The notes beneath the pieces were generated by a model, which had not been told where the DNA came from, ran no database searches, and was given only the letters and a program-made list of their open reading frames with translations. Source: Felis catus (lineage: Eukaryota). From it: a DNA stretch of 64,000 nucleotides. The DNA lies in the NCBI RefSeq assembly GCF_018350175.1, contig NC_058368.1, positions 177,632,001 through 177,696,000 of the forward strand, written 5' to 3'. This document shows positions 36,391-48,764 of the stretch, piece after piece. How positions within the stretch are numbered: the first letter of the stretch is position 1; every line of letters begins with the position of its first letter. The position numbers and the translations under genes are program-made.

Positions 36391-39300
36391 ATTGAAAAGA
36401 TGTGGCGTTCTGGCATTCCATTTAGTATTAAATTAGGTTTTCCTATGCTTTCCTTTCCTAAATGTACATCTGCCCCATTCCATCTGAACTGAATTATTCT
36501 TAAAGCCCGGACAGCGTTCTCGGTTTGTTCTGTGTGCCCATGAGGTCTGACACGATGTTAGGCATGCAGGACCCCATTCCCATGACAGTATGGCCCCACT
36601 CAGCCCAGGGCAGGGCTCCAGGGACCAGGGCTGCCCAAGCAACTGTCTCACCTCTCAACTGTGAGCTCCCAAGGGCAGGAACTGTGTTTTCCTCATCGCA
36701 CGCCCCATGCCCGGCCCAGGGTCTCTGTCCCCAAGCTGACTTACACATGTCCTCCGACGCTGGCCTGGGCCCCACAAGCAATTCAGCAGGACCACAGTAT
36801 TTAACCTTCACTATCATCCTCAGGGTGGAAGTATCATCCCACATTACAGGTGAGGAAACTGAGGCCCCAAAGCTAAACTGACAAGGTCACACAGTACAGG
36901 CAACGGCAGAGTAAGCCCCAGTTATGGCCCCAAAGCCCTTCGTTCAGCCCCACTTGGCTGGGCCCCACTTGCCCCTCCGGCACGATCGGGAGGAGGTCCC
37001 AGATTCGAAACCCAGGGGTGCGCCACTCACTAGCCAAGAGACCCCAGGCAAGTCACTAACCCCTCTGTACTTCAGTTTCCTCACGTAGAAAACGAGAGGG
37101 ATGACAGTGGCACCCACGTCACGGGCTGCCCTGCAGATGAAACACGGAAGTCTTAGAACAGGGCCTAGCACAGAGTACGCTCTCAGTAGGTGTGAGTGAG
37201 GGAACCCAAGGGGCATTAAGAGGCTCACCGTGAATCCTCTCCGGAAACACCCTCAGATCACACTCCTCGTCCCTACACGCAGGGCACTTCTCCTTGCAAA
37301 TCACACTTTGGGAAGATGCTATTGCTTCCGGTCCTTCCAGACACCCCTGCAGCATGGGGATGCTTACCACCTCCATTTAACAGATGTAGAAACTGAGGCT
37401 TTGAGCCACACGGCCAGTGGTGCAAGGCCCACCAAGGGTGCACGCCCTTTACTTCCTCTGTTCTCCGTGGCCAGCCCCTGTCACCATTCACAGCCAGGCT
37501 CTGACGCCTGGGACCCACCCCCTTCCATATCCTGATGAAGATATGGAGGGAAGAGCTCCATCCGCCCCTGAGGTTCATACCTGGTGGGCACATGTCCTAA
37601 AGACCCCCCCACCCACGGCCCTCGACCTTCCTGGTATGACTTCCTGAGGTAGCCCGGCCCTGTCCCCTCCCCCAAGGGCAGGCCTCCAGACTCCTTCCCT
37701 GTCCTCCAACTCTCCTCCTGCTCACAGGAGACCTTATCGACCAGAGGTCAAACCAATCTCCTTACCCTGGGTCCCCAAGGGGAGCTGCCCTGCCCCAGAA
37801 GCCAGCCTCCCATTAACGATTTTCTCCCTGGCCCACTGGACAGAGGCAGTGTGGGTGACCCAGGGTCAGCAGGGGCTATCCGGTGGCCCTTCTCCAGGAT
37901 GTGGGGGGAACAATCCATCTTGCCCAGCTTCCACCATTTAAGCCACGTTCTGTGGTCACATTCTTCCCAAGGGAGGTAGCAGGGGTGGGCCTCTGACACA
38001 TACACAGAGTCCATCCTTCTGAAAAGGCAGTGAAGCCCCTGGGCTTCCTGGGCAAGACCTCTGGGGAGCCCCAGGCCTTTGCACAGGTCAGGCCCTCTGC
38101 CCAGGGTACCCTGCCCCCTCTGCCCAGCTGACACCTGCCCTCAGGTGCCTCCTCTGGAAGCCTTTTCTGCTCCCCATCCTCCAGCTGGGTTAGGGCCTCT
38201 GGGCACTACAGTAATGGCTTAGTGTCCCCAGAGTTTAGCCTGTCCAGCTCATCCGGGGGTCTCCAGCTCTGGCCCCAGGAGGTTGCCTGGCCAATGTGTG
38301 CTAAATGACTGTGGCGAGGATGAGGGAAACCTAGAGGCCAAAATCAGCCCCACCACTTACTACCCAGACAAGCAGAATGCCCAACAGAGTGGTGGCAAGG
38401 GGCGTCTGCAAAGCTATCAGCTGCTAGGCTTTCCTAGGCACTTCCTTCCAGGCACTGTGCTCCGAAGCCCTCTGTGGTACCTCCTACAATTCCCTCAGCC
38501 ACTCTTGGAGGTGGGCACCAGATAGAGCTCGCTTTGCAAAGGTCACTGGACCTCTGAGGCCTCTCTCCAGGGCCACGGAGCCAGAACGCGGACAAGCGGG
38601 GCTCCTGCGTCTGCCTCGGGACCAATCTCTCCCTCCTCCTCTCCTGCTCATGGGGTAGCAGGCCACTTGGCCCCGGTGCCTAAGAGGGGGCTTGCCTTCC
38701 AGGCCTTTCCTAGAATAGTCAGAGCGGCTGTCTGCTGGCTAACGCCCCTCCAGGTGCACAGTCGTCTGGGCTGTTGAAGAGTTGCAGGGTGAACAAAACC
38801 AGACTGGCACAGCTCTCACAAGGTGAGCAGGGCTGGCACACAGGATGTGTCCTTAGGCACAGGAAGGCACCTTCTGTCACTCTGCCTCCCCCCCCCCGCC
38901 AGTTACCTTTTGGGTCGAAGCAGTTTTTCCCACAGCAGGATGGCATATAGAGGGGTCCCCATGCAGCCCAAGACTCCCAATTACCACCCCCCTGCCAGCC
39001 CCTTCCCTGCCCTGAGAGCTGGGGCTCCGGTGGAAATATTCACTCCCCCATCCAGGAATTGCACAGAGGCAACAATGGGCTGACAGGTTCACATCTCCCC
39101 ACACCGGGGTCCACCGAGGTCCCAGGCCTGGCACAGACAAGGTGTCTGGTGGGGCAGAGCCCCCCGCCTTCGGCCTGGCCTGCAGTGGAGCCCAGCTCTC
39201 TAACGCACAAGGCGAGTTCGGTTCCTACCCCACACTCTGCCTGGCTCCCCACCGCCCACAGCACCCGCTCGGGGGCCTTTACAGTCTAGCCTCTCCTACC

Positions 39301-39642
39301 TTCCGAGCCTCCTCTCTCAGGCACCTGGGGTGAACCTTCCATGGGGTGATCTCCGTGCCAGCTTCCAGACATCAACCCAGGTCCCCTCCTTCTGGCGCAT
39401 CCGTCAGCCACGACTGCTCCCTCTGGCTGAAGATCTCGGCCTCACGGACCCACTCATGCTCTGAAGACACGTGTGGGGGCTTCCTATATCTCCCCACCTT
39501 CCACAGACATGGTCACACATCACTTATGTACACACACAGCACGAGTGAGCACACACCACATGTAGTCAACAACAAAATGACTCGCACTAACTGACGTCTG
39601 GGGTCACCTGGCTCCACCCTGAATCACCACTCGGTTTGGTAT

Positions 39643-39832
39643 CTTTTTTTTTTTTTTTTTAAGTTTATTTTTTTGGCGGGGGAAGGGGCAAAGAGAAAGG
39701 GAGAGAGAGAGAATCCCAAGCAGGCTCCTCACCGCAGAGCCTGACACAGGGCTTTAACTTACAAACCGTGAGTCACGACCTGAGCTGCGACCAAGAGTCA
39801 GACGCTTAACTGACCGAGCCATCCAGGCACCC
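39643..39832 (-). mobile_element. Carnivore SINE
   Basis: T tail, reverse SINE body ending ccaggcacccc. Confidence 0.9.
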
Positions 39833-39901
39833 CAGTTTGATTTCTTGAACCCCTCAGTTTTCTCACTAGCAGAATGGGGATTGTTCGTAATATCTATCTC
39901 A

Positions 39902-40112
39902 GGAGCGCCTGGGTGGCTCAGTTGGTTGAATGTCCAACTTCAGCTCAGGTCATGGTCTCCCAGTTCTTGGGTTCGAGCCCCGCATCGGGCTCACCGCTGT
40001 CAGCACAGAGCCTGCTTCAGATCCTCTGCCCTCCTCACTCTCTCGCTCTCTCTGCCACTCCCCTGCTTGCGTGCATGCTCTTTCTCTCTCTCAAAAATAA
40101 ACATTAAAAAAA
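39902..40112 (+). mobile_element. Carnivore SINE, head-to-head with the preceding SINE
   Basis: SINE head and A tail; TSD-like atctatctcag on both sides. Confidence 0.92.
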
Positions 40113-41863
40113 ATCTATCTCAGAGAAAAAGACAACACAGCCACAACTTTTTTCTTTTTCTTTTTTCTTGTATTTTGTTTTCTGAACAGCCACGCCACGA
40201 CTTACTGAGTGCTTCCCTCTGTGCTAAGAATCACTTTAGGTAAACTATCTTATGTGATTCCCAGGGCGGGCCTATGAGTTCTATAATTATCGTACCCACT
40301 TTACAGATGAGGGAACTGAGGCTTAGAGAGGTTACATCGCTTGTCCAAAGACACTCACTACTGAGAAAAGGAATCCAGATTCAAATCCATCTCAGTCTAG
40401 AGCTCAAGCTCTCCACCCCTTCACCCTTGCCTGCTTTCACTCTCTCCTCTCTCCACCCCCGCCTCTACCTCTATTCAGGATGGCAACTGGTTCTGGCCAC
40501 AAGCCATGGCTGGGGCAGGGATTGGAGCAGGGATTAAACATGAAAGGGCTCAAGGCCTTGAGCTCACTCCCCCTACTCAAGAGGAGGATGGGGTCACACT
40601 GCCCCCTCCCGCCCAGGTCCCCATCCTTGAGGCCTCATACAATCCATGCCCCTGTCTCCAGGCAGCCTGCCCAGAAAGGGAGGGTCTCCCCGTCCCAGGA
40701 GGGGCAGCCCACAGACTTCCGGCCACATTCCACGACCGCCTGCCTCCTCCTCCAGCAGCAATGTTGCCAGCCCTGCTGAGGGCGTTCAGAGTTTCTCCAA
40801 AGTCTCAATTCCCCCCTCCAGGAGTGGTCCCGGGTAAAGTTAGCCCTGCTCTCCGTCCCAAAATGCAGCTCCCCACAAACTCTTCCTAGAGAGCGGGCCT
40901 GGACTCAGGCCCAGGAGTGGCTGCCAGCCCCAGTGCTCTGTGGCTTCTTATTATTCGTGAGGGAGAAACTAACACTGGCTCCCACTTGCTAGGTACTTGC
41001 TTTGTGCCGGGGCCTGAGCTAAGCACTTTGCAAGCAAGGTCTCTTCCCTCCTCACACAATCTGGGCTGGTCAGAATGATTCCCGTCCCTGTGACAAAGGG
41101 AGACACAGACAGGCCAAGGGACTCATCCACGTTGCACACAAAACGACAGAGCCAAGATCTGAACCCATCTCTGGCTCTAGAGCCCATGGATTTTCCCCAG
41201 CCGGCATCTGTAGGCAGAAAAGTGAGGAGGAAGGTAGAGCCCACCTCTGGATCTGAGTTTGGCTCAGGTTCACGCTCCCACCACCCCCTTCAGCCCCAGG
41301 CTTTCCCCCTCTAACCCGTCACAGTCCCTACACCCAACCCAGCCAGAACGGTGATGTTGGTGATGTTGTAAAGGGCCCTTCCCCACCCCCCCCCCCAGCC
41401 TGTCCATTAAGCTCCCAGGGCTACCAAGGTATTGATTGGCAGGGCTGAGCCATCAGCATGGGAGGGAGGTGCTGCCACCCAAGGTGGCTGACTAGAAGCC
41501 CCTCTCCCCACACATCAGCCTTCTCCATACAGATCGTCAATACGAGTACCTCTGGTGGTCAACCCTGGAGCCAGCTTGGGGAAGGAGGCAGGACCCCTAA
41601 AGACCCACATTCCCTTCTTTTATTTATTTTCCCCTCTCCTTCAAACCCTGTTTCACTTCCCTGTCCCTTAAAGCATGTGGGTGGGGAGAGTGGTCATGCA
41701 TACCGACCAGAAACAAGCCCTTTATTCTGGCATTCAATGCCTACCATGGCCTTTTACATCACCCCTCTTCCTAAACTTGGTGCTCCAACAGGCTTAGAGT
41801 CCCCTGAGCATATCAGGCTGTTCCCTGTTTCCATCTAGAGATATTCCATGTGCCTGCAATGGC

Positions 41864-41911
<48 letters not shown>

Positions 41912-44900
41912 ATTCACTCACTCACACATGTACACACAGGTTCACACCGTCTTCACCTGCCTTATTCTTAATCTAAGATTCAAACAGGGCATCTTCTCTG
42001 GCCAGATCCTCTTCCCCCAGTCTGGTTTCATGGCCCTTCACCAGGGTACCCATGGCACCCTGGAGCCCATGTCCCCCTGCAGCCCATGTCCCCCTGCACA
42101 GACCCCTCTGATTTCTCTCAAGTCCCCAAGGGCTGGGATAGGTCCTGAGTCTCCTTGCCCCATGCCTGGTGCCAGAAGGGACCTGCCCTAGAGAAGCTAT
42201 GGCCCCTCCACTCACTTACTCAACAATTATCCTGCATGCCAGGTCTGTGCGATGTGCCGTAGGGCCCTCTGGATGGGTCCAGCCTCCCTTGACTTCCAGG
42301 AACAGGCCTCTAGACACACCAACGTCAAATGCCCAGCTGCAGCGCGTATTACTTAACATTTACAGTGATCCAGGTGCTGTGCCCCCGGGTGATCACAATT
42401 CACCCTCGCAGCAACCCCAAGAGGGAGGTTCTACCCTGACACCCACAACAAAGATGAGCCACCGTGAGGCCGAGCAATTTGCTCAATCTGAGACTACCAA
42501 GGGGCCAAGGCGAGGTGTGATCTGGTGGGCCAGATCCAGAGCCTGAGCTCCTATGCATCCCTGTGAGCCTCACGGAGAACACACTGGGGCCTGTGACAGT
42601 GACAAAGTGCAAAGAGGTTCCAAGGCAGAGGCGGAATGGGGATGAGGGAGGTAAATAAAGCTGCCCAAAGCATCAGCCCAAAGTCTCTTCACAGGGAACA
42701 CTTTGAGGAAAAAACTGAAGCCTTGGATGCCTTCTTGGCATTCTCTCTAAAACCCAGTCCAAGGCCACCCAGGCAGCGGATGTCCCATAAATGTTTGCTG
42801 ATCGCTACTGAGGCACAGCACCATAACTGAGTACCTACTGCATACTTGGCCCAAGACATGATTCCAATTACACCTTTGGGGAGTGGTATTATCATCCCTA
42901 TATCTCGTGTGATGAGGAGGCAGAAACTCAGAGAGGTTAAGGATCTTGCCCAAGGCCACACAGCCTGGGAGTGGTGCAGTGAGGATTAAATGCAGGCCTA
43001 AGTCCAAAGCCTGTACTCTCAACTTGGACAAGAGGAGCCCGGAAGTCACCGACGCAAGGAGTATGTCCCTCCTAGCCTTGCCCAGCACCCTGCAGCACGG
43101 TACCCACCTAACGCACACACAGAGCGTGTAACTGATTTAACGAGTACCGTTACACATTATTGAGTGCCAGCTAGCTACTCTGTGTGCATTAGCCCATTTA
43201 GTCCCCACAATAACCCTTAAGAACTAGGTATCTCTCACTGCCCCCGCTTTACAGATGGGGAAAACCAAGGTGCAGATTGTTGAAGGTTAAGAAATTTGCC
43301 CAGCAGCACACGATTCAAACCGAGGTCTCTCCTGTGCCAAAGCCCATGTGTTCAAACTCCACGGAAGTCATCTAGCTCACGTCACTGATACCCAGGTGGG
43401 TAAACTGAGGCCCAGGGAGGGAGGCCATTCAGTGAGCCAGTGACAAATCCAGGACTGATCCCAGGGGTCCTGAGAGTGTTTCTGCTCTGTGGCCCACGGG
43501 AGGCTTGTCCTTGGCCCCATCTTCGGCACTGGAGCATTTTAAATGGCCCACGGGCGTGACGCCATTTAGATGTCAGAGCAATGAACAAACACCTCCCAGC
43601 CCCTACCAGCAAGCCTGATTAAAGCCTGAGGGGCCCGCTGACCCACCAACGTTTCAGAACAAGTCCCCAGACTCAGGCCCAAAGTGGAGACAACAGGCCT
43701 CTGCCCTTTCTGAGGCCCGGTGGCCATCGCCCAGCCCAGGCCACCCTGACAAGGCCCTTAGCACTACCGCTGTATCCCTGGCATACAGGTTCCCTGTATC
43801 CCTGGCAGTGTTCTGCCAGTCTGCGAGTGGGGGCAACTGGACCCGGTAAGAAATGCGGAGCACACAGAGGTGAACCAGAAAGTCCCCGCCCTCAGAAAGG
43901 AAACAATCCACATCTCCCCTCTCCTGGCCACCAGGAGGAGACAGTGCCCTGGGGAAGGGGAGCTTACCACCCTGACAGGGGCGTGGGGGCCAGGGAGCCC
44001 TCCCCAAACAAGAGGCATTAGGGCTAGAGCCCTGGACAGAGGACCAGGCTCCACACTGGCCCCTGCTCTCACCCTTAGGAAGCAGGGACCACTTTGTTGG
44101 TTGTTTTCTTCCCATTCTACACATGCCAAAGCTGAGACCTGAGAGGTTAAGAAACTTGCCGAGGTCATACAGCAAAGGTAAGGCAGTGCGACAACAGGGA
44201 GCCAGGCTAGCGGACTCCAGAGCCCTTAGGCTGCCGTTTAATAAGCCTGGGGCCCAGAGCCAGGTGACCCAGAGTCGAAGCCAGCTCTGCCTCTGTCCTG
44301 CTCAGTGGACAGAGGCAGGTTATTTCATGCTTCTGGGCCGCACTTCCTTGTCTGCAGGATTCCCTAGTGCCAGGCTGGTTGTGAGGCTTAGCCTCCGTGA
44401 TGTGAGAAAGTGCCTGCCTGTCACATAGCGACCCTTTCAGTCCAGAACATTCCAGGAAAATCAGGGTCTGCAGACTCTGAGTCAGATGCCTCCCATCGGA
44501 GACACCTACCCGGGCTCTGACCATCTGGTATGCTGGAGACCCATCAGGAGAATCCCAGGGGAATCTCTCACTGAGGAACCCTAGCATGCCTCTTGGAACT
44601 CTCCTTTCCCACCAGTATTCTTTCTGAATAATTTTGGTATTCTTTCTGAAAAAGTCTGTCTGGTGTCGGGGAAAGCATACAGAATCTTGAATCCAGAGTC
44701 TTGACTCTTGGCATTGGCCTTGAACAAATCCCCTTCCCACTCTTTGCCTCAATTTCTCCAACTGTCAAGTAGAAATGCTACCCCTCCTACTTCAGGAGGA
44801 AGAATGGTAGGAAGAAGGAAACAAGCTTCCTGATGCAAGAGCCTTAGAGTTTTCCTGGGCTGGATATGCCAGCCTCCCTGCACTTCTCAGGAGGCAGGAT

Positions 44901-47870
44901 TAAAGGAACTCAGGTTTATCTGGCACTCTCCCCTCTAGCCTGGATGCATCTTGAGGCCAGAAACTGACTTGGGTTGTTCCCAGGGCTGGCAAGAAGCAGG
45001 TTTCCAGCAAGTGTTTGTTGAATGAACACCTGACCGGATGGACAGAGGGATGACGTGGCTGCCTTAAGAAATCAAATGTGCTACCCAATAGGATAGCTTC
45101 CCATCATCCTCATGTCCCAAAGGACTCTGTCTCTGGCTTTCCTATTGTAGCCAACTAGAAGAAAGGTTCAAATCCTCACTGAGGAAGCCAGGTGTGGGGG
45201 GTGGTCAGGCCAAGAGGGGGCGTGGAAGGAAACTTCAAAACTTGAACACATCATGCGGTGAGGGAGGAAGTGGAGCTCTGGGAGTGACAAGGGCTGGGTG
45301 GCAGAAACCCCCCTTCCCAGGCTCGCCTCAAGCCTGGCCTGTCTGGGGAAGGCCAGGACCTAGCCGAGCCTGGCGGTAGGAACAATGTCAGGCAGGTGCC
45401 GGCCAAGCTGCGTGAAAAGCCCAGCCCGGTGTCATTGTCAGCGCTCAGCCAAGTGCAGAAAAGCAATTTACTGGTCACGCCGCCTGCTCCCCTCGGAAAT
45501 TTTTAAAATTCTTCCGATTTGAGCTATCCGTGGTGTCCCAAGTTGTATGGAGAAGGGATTTTATTAAATTCCCAGCTTCCCGCTTCCTGGGGTGGCCAGC
45601 AGGGGGGAGGGGGCAGGGCGGGGCTCACCACATGGTTGGTTGGGGGGGGAGCGAGGGGGAGGGCAGTGTCTGGCATTGACTGTGCTGTCTCGAAAATGTG
45701 GCTAGAGATGGGGGCTGATGACTGATGGCTGGGGAGAAGGGAGGAGCCCAGAAACTCTAATGCTAAGACTGGAGCAGTCCCCCAAAACATAGAGGTGGGG
45801 GAAGGGAAGGGCATAGGTGTGTCCATTTCCCAGCAGAACAACATACCCTCCTGGGTAGGTGAGAGTTTCCAAACCCTTCTCCACACTTAGCATGTATCAC
45901 TTCAGCCTCGAAGCCACCCATCTCCCAAATGATGAAGCTAACACTCGGAAGCTGGGACTCGGGTCCAGTCTGCCAGATTGTAAAGCCCTGAGCCCTTCCC
46001 ACCATGCAGGAAGGCCTCCCTTGGCCCCAAGGGAGCTCTCGCCACCCCTGCTAAGTGCACCCCGCCAGAGAAGTAGCTGCTCTCCCAACACCGCCTCAGC
46101 AGGCAGTGGACCTCAGCTCCCAGCAACTACCACTCCCACCCCTCATCTCTACCTCTCACGGCCACTCCACCTTTGTCCCTAAAGCATGAGTGGGGACATA
46201 AGCCTACCATTTCTTTATTGTTTGGGAATCATAGGTGCTTTTGAAAATCCATGGAGAGCTGAGAGTCCTCTCGAAGATGTGAGCACATCTGAGCACCATT
46301 TTGGTGCAACGTTTCAGGGGCCTGCCTCCTCCATAATCCCATCCTTAGATACACTCTGGGTGCATGGACCATAGGTTAACTACATCAGCCTGATGGCAGT
46401 TCAGATGGGGAAAGGCTGCCAAGAAAGGAAGAGGGAAGAGAGCGGGGAGAGGAGGCGCCATCACCTGCTTGAAGCCCTAACCCAGGTGTCCCACCCAGCT
46501 CTTTCCTAAGAAGCTAGCTCTAGCTCTGGCCAGGAGGTGGAGGTGGGATGCAGAGTCCAGGTTCCCTCCCTCACGCTTCCCCAGAGAATACAAAGACCAT
46601 ACTGCAAACCCTCCTGGGCTCTGCTTTAAGGACCAAGGGGCAGCCAGCACCAGGAGGGCAACCAAGTCCACAGCCATTCCCTGCCTCCAATGCCCATTTC
46701 ATCACGGCCGCATTCCCGGGTGCAGCACTTAGGGAAAAGAGCTCCCATCCAGGTAAGACAAACAGATCCCCTGGAGTGACCCTGGGACCTGCCCTCTGCT
46801 TGGAGACTCAGCTGTAAACCAGGCAGGCCATGCCTGGCACTGGCTCTCTGACACCAGCCATTCCCACCCCTGCCCCCCCCATCATAGGGTCACATCTGCT
46901 TTGGCAAACAGCCAGTTTTAAGTTACTGACTCCAGTTATATTGATTCAAGGAGTCACTGGGGACCCCGGCCTGACTAACAGGAGGAGAGAACCCATCAGT
47001 CTGTCTGTCCGTCCACCCATCCATCCATCCATCCTTATAGCCCCCCGCCCCAATTAGCTGCCCCAAGCCCAGTGTCCATCCTGACGCTGAGTCCTCTCCC
47101 AGGAGTGGAAGGCGAGGTAAGCAGACCCGCCACCACACCAAACACTGAGAGAGGCTGCTTGAGTCTCAGCAGCACTCAACACTCACAACACTCCTTATGC
47201 CGTAAAGCTGGGAGAGCCACCATTTTCCCTGCTCGAGGGTCTTTTGGGGCACCTCTGGAACCCCAAAAGCTAAAACCTGAGCATCTTCTCTAACCCTGCA
47301 GACACCTGCCTTCAACCCAGGGGGTAAGGGGCAGATAATCTCTTTTGGCCCCTATCCAGCTCCTCCTAGGGCCCCTCCCTTTGCAGCTCTAAGTGGGTGG
47401 GGGGCTAGGGCAGCTGGCACTTCCTATTCCCTTTCCCTTTGCCGCCCCCCCCCCAAACCATGCTGAGGCAGCCCTGGTCTGGTTCTAATCGGGGCTGAAG
47501 TCGCTCCCTCCTTCCCTCTTCTCTTTCTCTGCCCCCCCCCCCCCCCGCTTTTCCTTCATTTCCACGGCTTTGGAAGCCAGCGCGTTCCAACTGTCTGCGT
47601 GCCAAGACCTTCCCGAGTCTGAAAGCTGCTGAAGTAACAGATCAGATTTTAGCAAGTGCTTTCCAGGCTGAGCGCCAAGCCCTCTTCTGATTCACAGGGA
47701 GCGAGCAAGCGAGCGGGGAGCAAGGCGGGGAACAAGCCGAGGGCCACACCACCTTGGGCAAGGGTGTGCAGAACGTGGCCAGTTCCGTAGCGGCTTCAAG
47801 GGCAATGGCCCCTCAGTCCAATAGCCCGTCTCTGCTACCTCTCACCGAGTCTCCTAGCGCTCGCTCGCGT

Positions 47871-47871
<1 letters not shown>

Positions 47872-47906
<35 letters not shown>

Positions 47907-47910
47907 TCTC
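47872..47910. repeat. (CT)n tract in FGF18 intron 2
   Basis: Directly visible. Confidence 0.95.
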
Positions 47911-48381
47911 CTGCAAACGCCTTTGAAACCACAGAGTAATTTACAACTGAAGCTTTCTCCCTGGACTCAAAATCCATTCGGCTGAAAGGAGCTTTTTTGT
48001 TTGGAAGAGCGAGCGGAGATATTAAGGGACGGTTGGCAGGAAAAATGCCCAGGTCCCAACTCCTCGCCGATTGTGGGCAGGGGGGCTTGAAGCAGGACAC
48101 ATTGCAGCGGGTGAGTCCGCTGGTTCCGGGGATCTCTTCCCAGCCGAGGCCGACAGGGGCCGCGCCAGTCTGAGCCCTGCAGCACAGCCCCTTGCCCTTG
48201 GCTGGTCCCCCGCCGGCGCAGGGCGCGCGCGGAGCCGCCCTTTGGCGCCCTGGGAACAGGTGCACTGGGCTCGGCGCCCAGTAGGGGTGGGGCACAAGGA
48301 GGGGGCGCGGCCCGGGGAAGGGGGGTCGACCTGTACCGAGAGGCAGGGGCAGGGGGAGGTCAGAGTCAGGATCCCACATAC

Positions 48382-48418
48382 CTGTACCTGGAAGCACAGC
48401 AGCAGGAAGTGTAAACAC
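48382..48418 (-). CDS. FGF18: FGF18 coding exon 2 (37 nt, LCLHFLLLCFQVQ)
   Basis: Acceptor CCCGCAG|GTG and donor CAG|GTATGT; hydrophobic signal-peptide core; 32+37=69 nt keeps the frame. Confidence 0.97.
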
Positions 48419-48591
48419 CTGCGGGAGAGAGATGGAGAGGTGGTCAGTGGGACTTGAGGGAGGGGGGCGCGCGGACAGACAGACCGATACGCAGTCAGAA
48501 AGTCAGACGAACGGCCGGGCGGGCAGACAGAGTCACAGGCACACGGACAGACGGCAAGGCAGGGTAGGCAGCCCCGCGCGCGGGCGCTTAC

Positions 48592-48623
48592 AGGCAAGTG
48601 CAGGCGGAGGGCGCTGAATACAT
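48592..48623 (-). CDS. FGF18: FGF18 coding exon 1 (32 nt, start of signal peptide MYSAPSACTC)
   Basis: ATG at 48623; donor CCT|GTAAGC. Confidence 0.97.
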
Positions 48624-48699
48624 CGCTGGGCGGGGGGGAGGCGGCGGCTCCTAGCCCAGCCTGCACATGTCCGCTCCGCGCGGCCGGGACCGGGCGCCT

Positions 48700-48764
48700 C
48701 CGCCGCCGCCGCCGCCGCCGCCGCCGCTGCTGCTGCTCCCTCCTCGCCGGCTGCTGCTGCTGCA
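48700..48764 (-). repeat. 5' UTR trinucleotide tracts: short (CAG)n runs followed by (CGG)9
   Basis: Plus strand has (ccg)9 at 48700-48726 and ctg runs at about 48727-48735 and 48751-48762. Confidence 0.95.

Noticed and set aside
48022..48591. Intronic continuation of the 261-aa ORF 48022-48807
   Set aside because: It runs through the exon 1 donor. Only the spliced version, reported as a finding, is plausible unless introns are retained.
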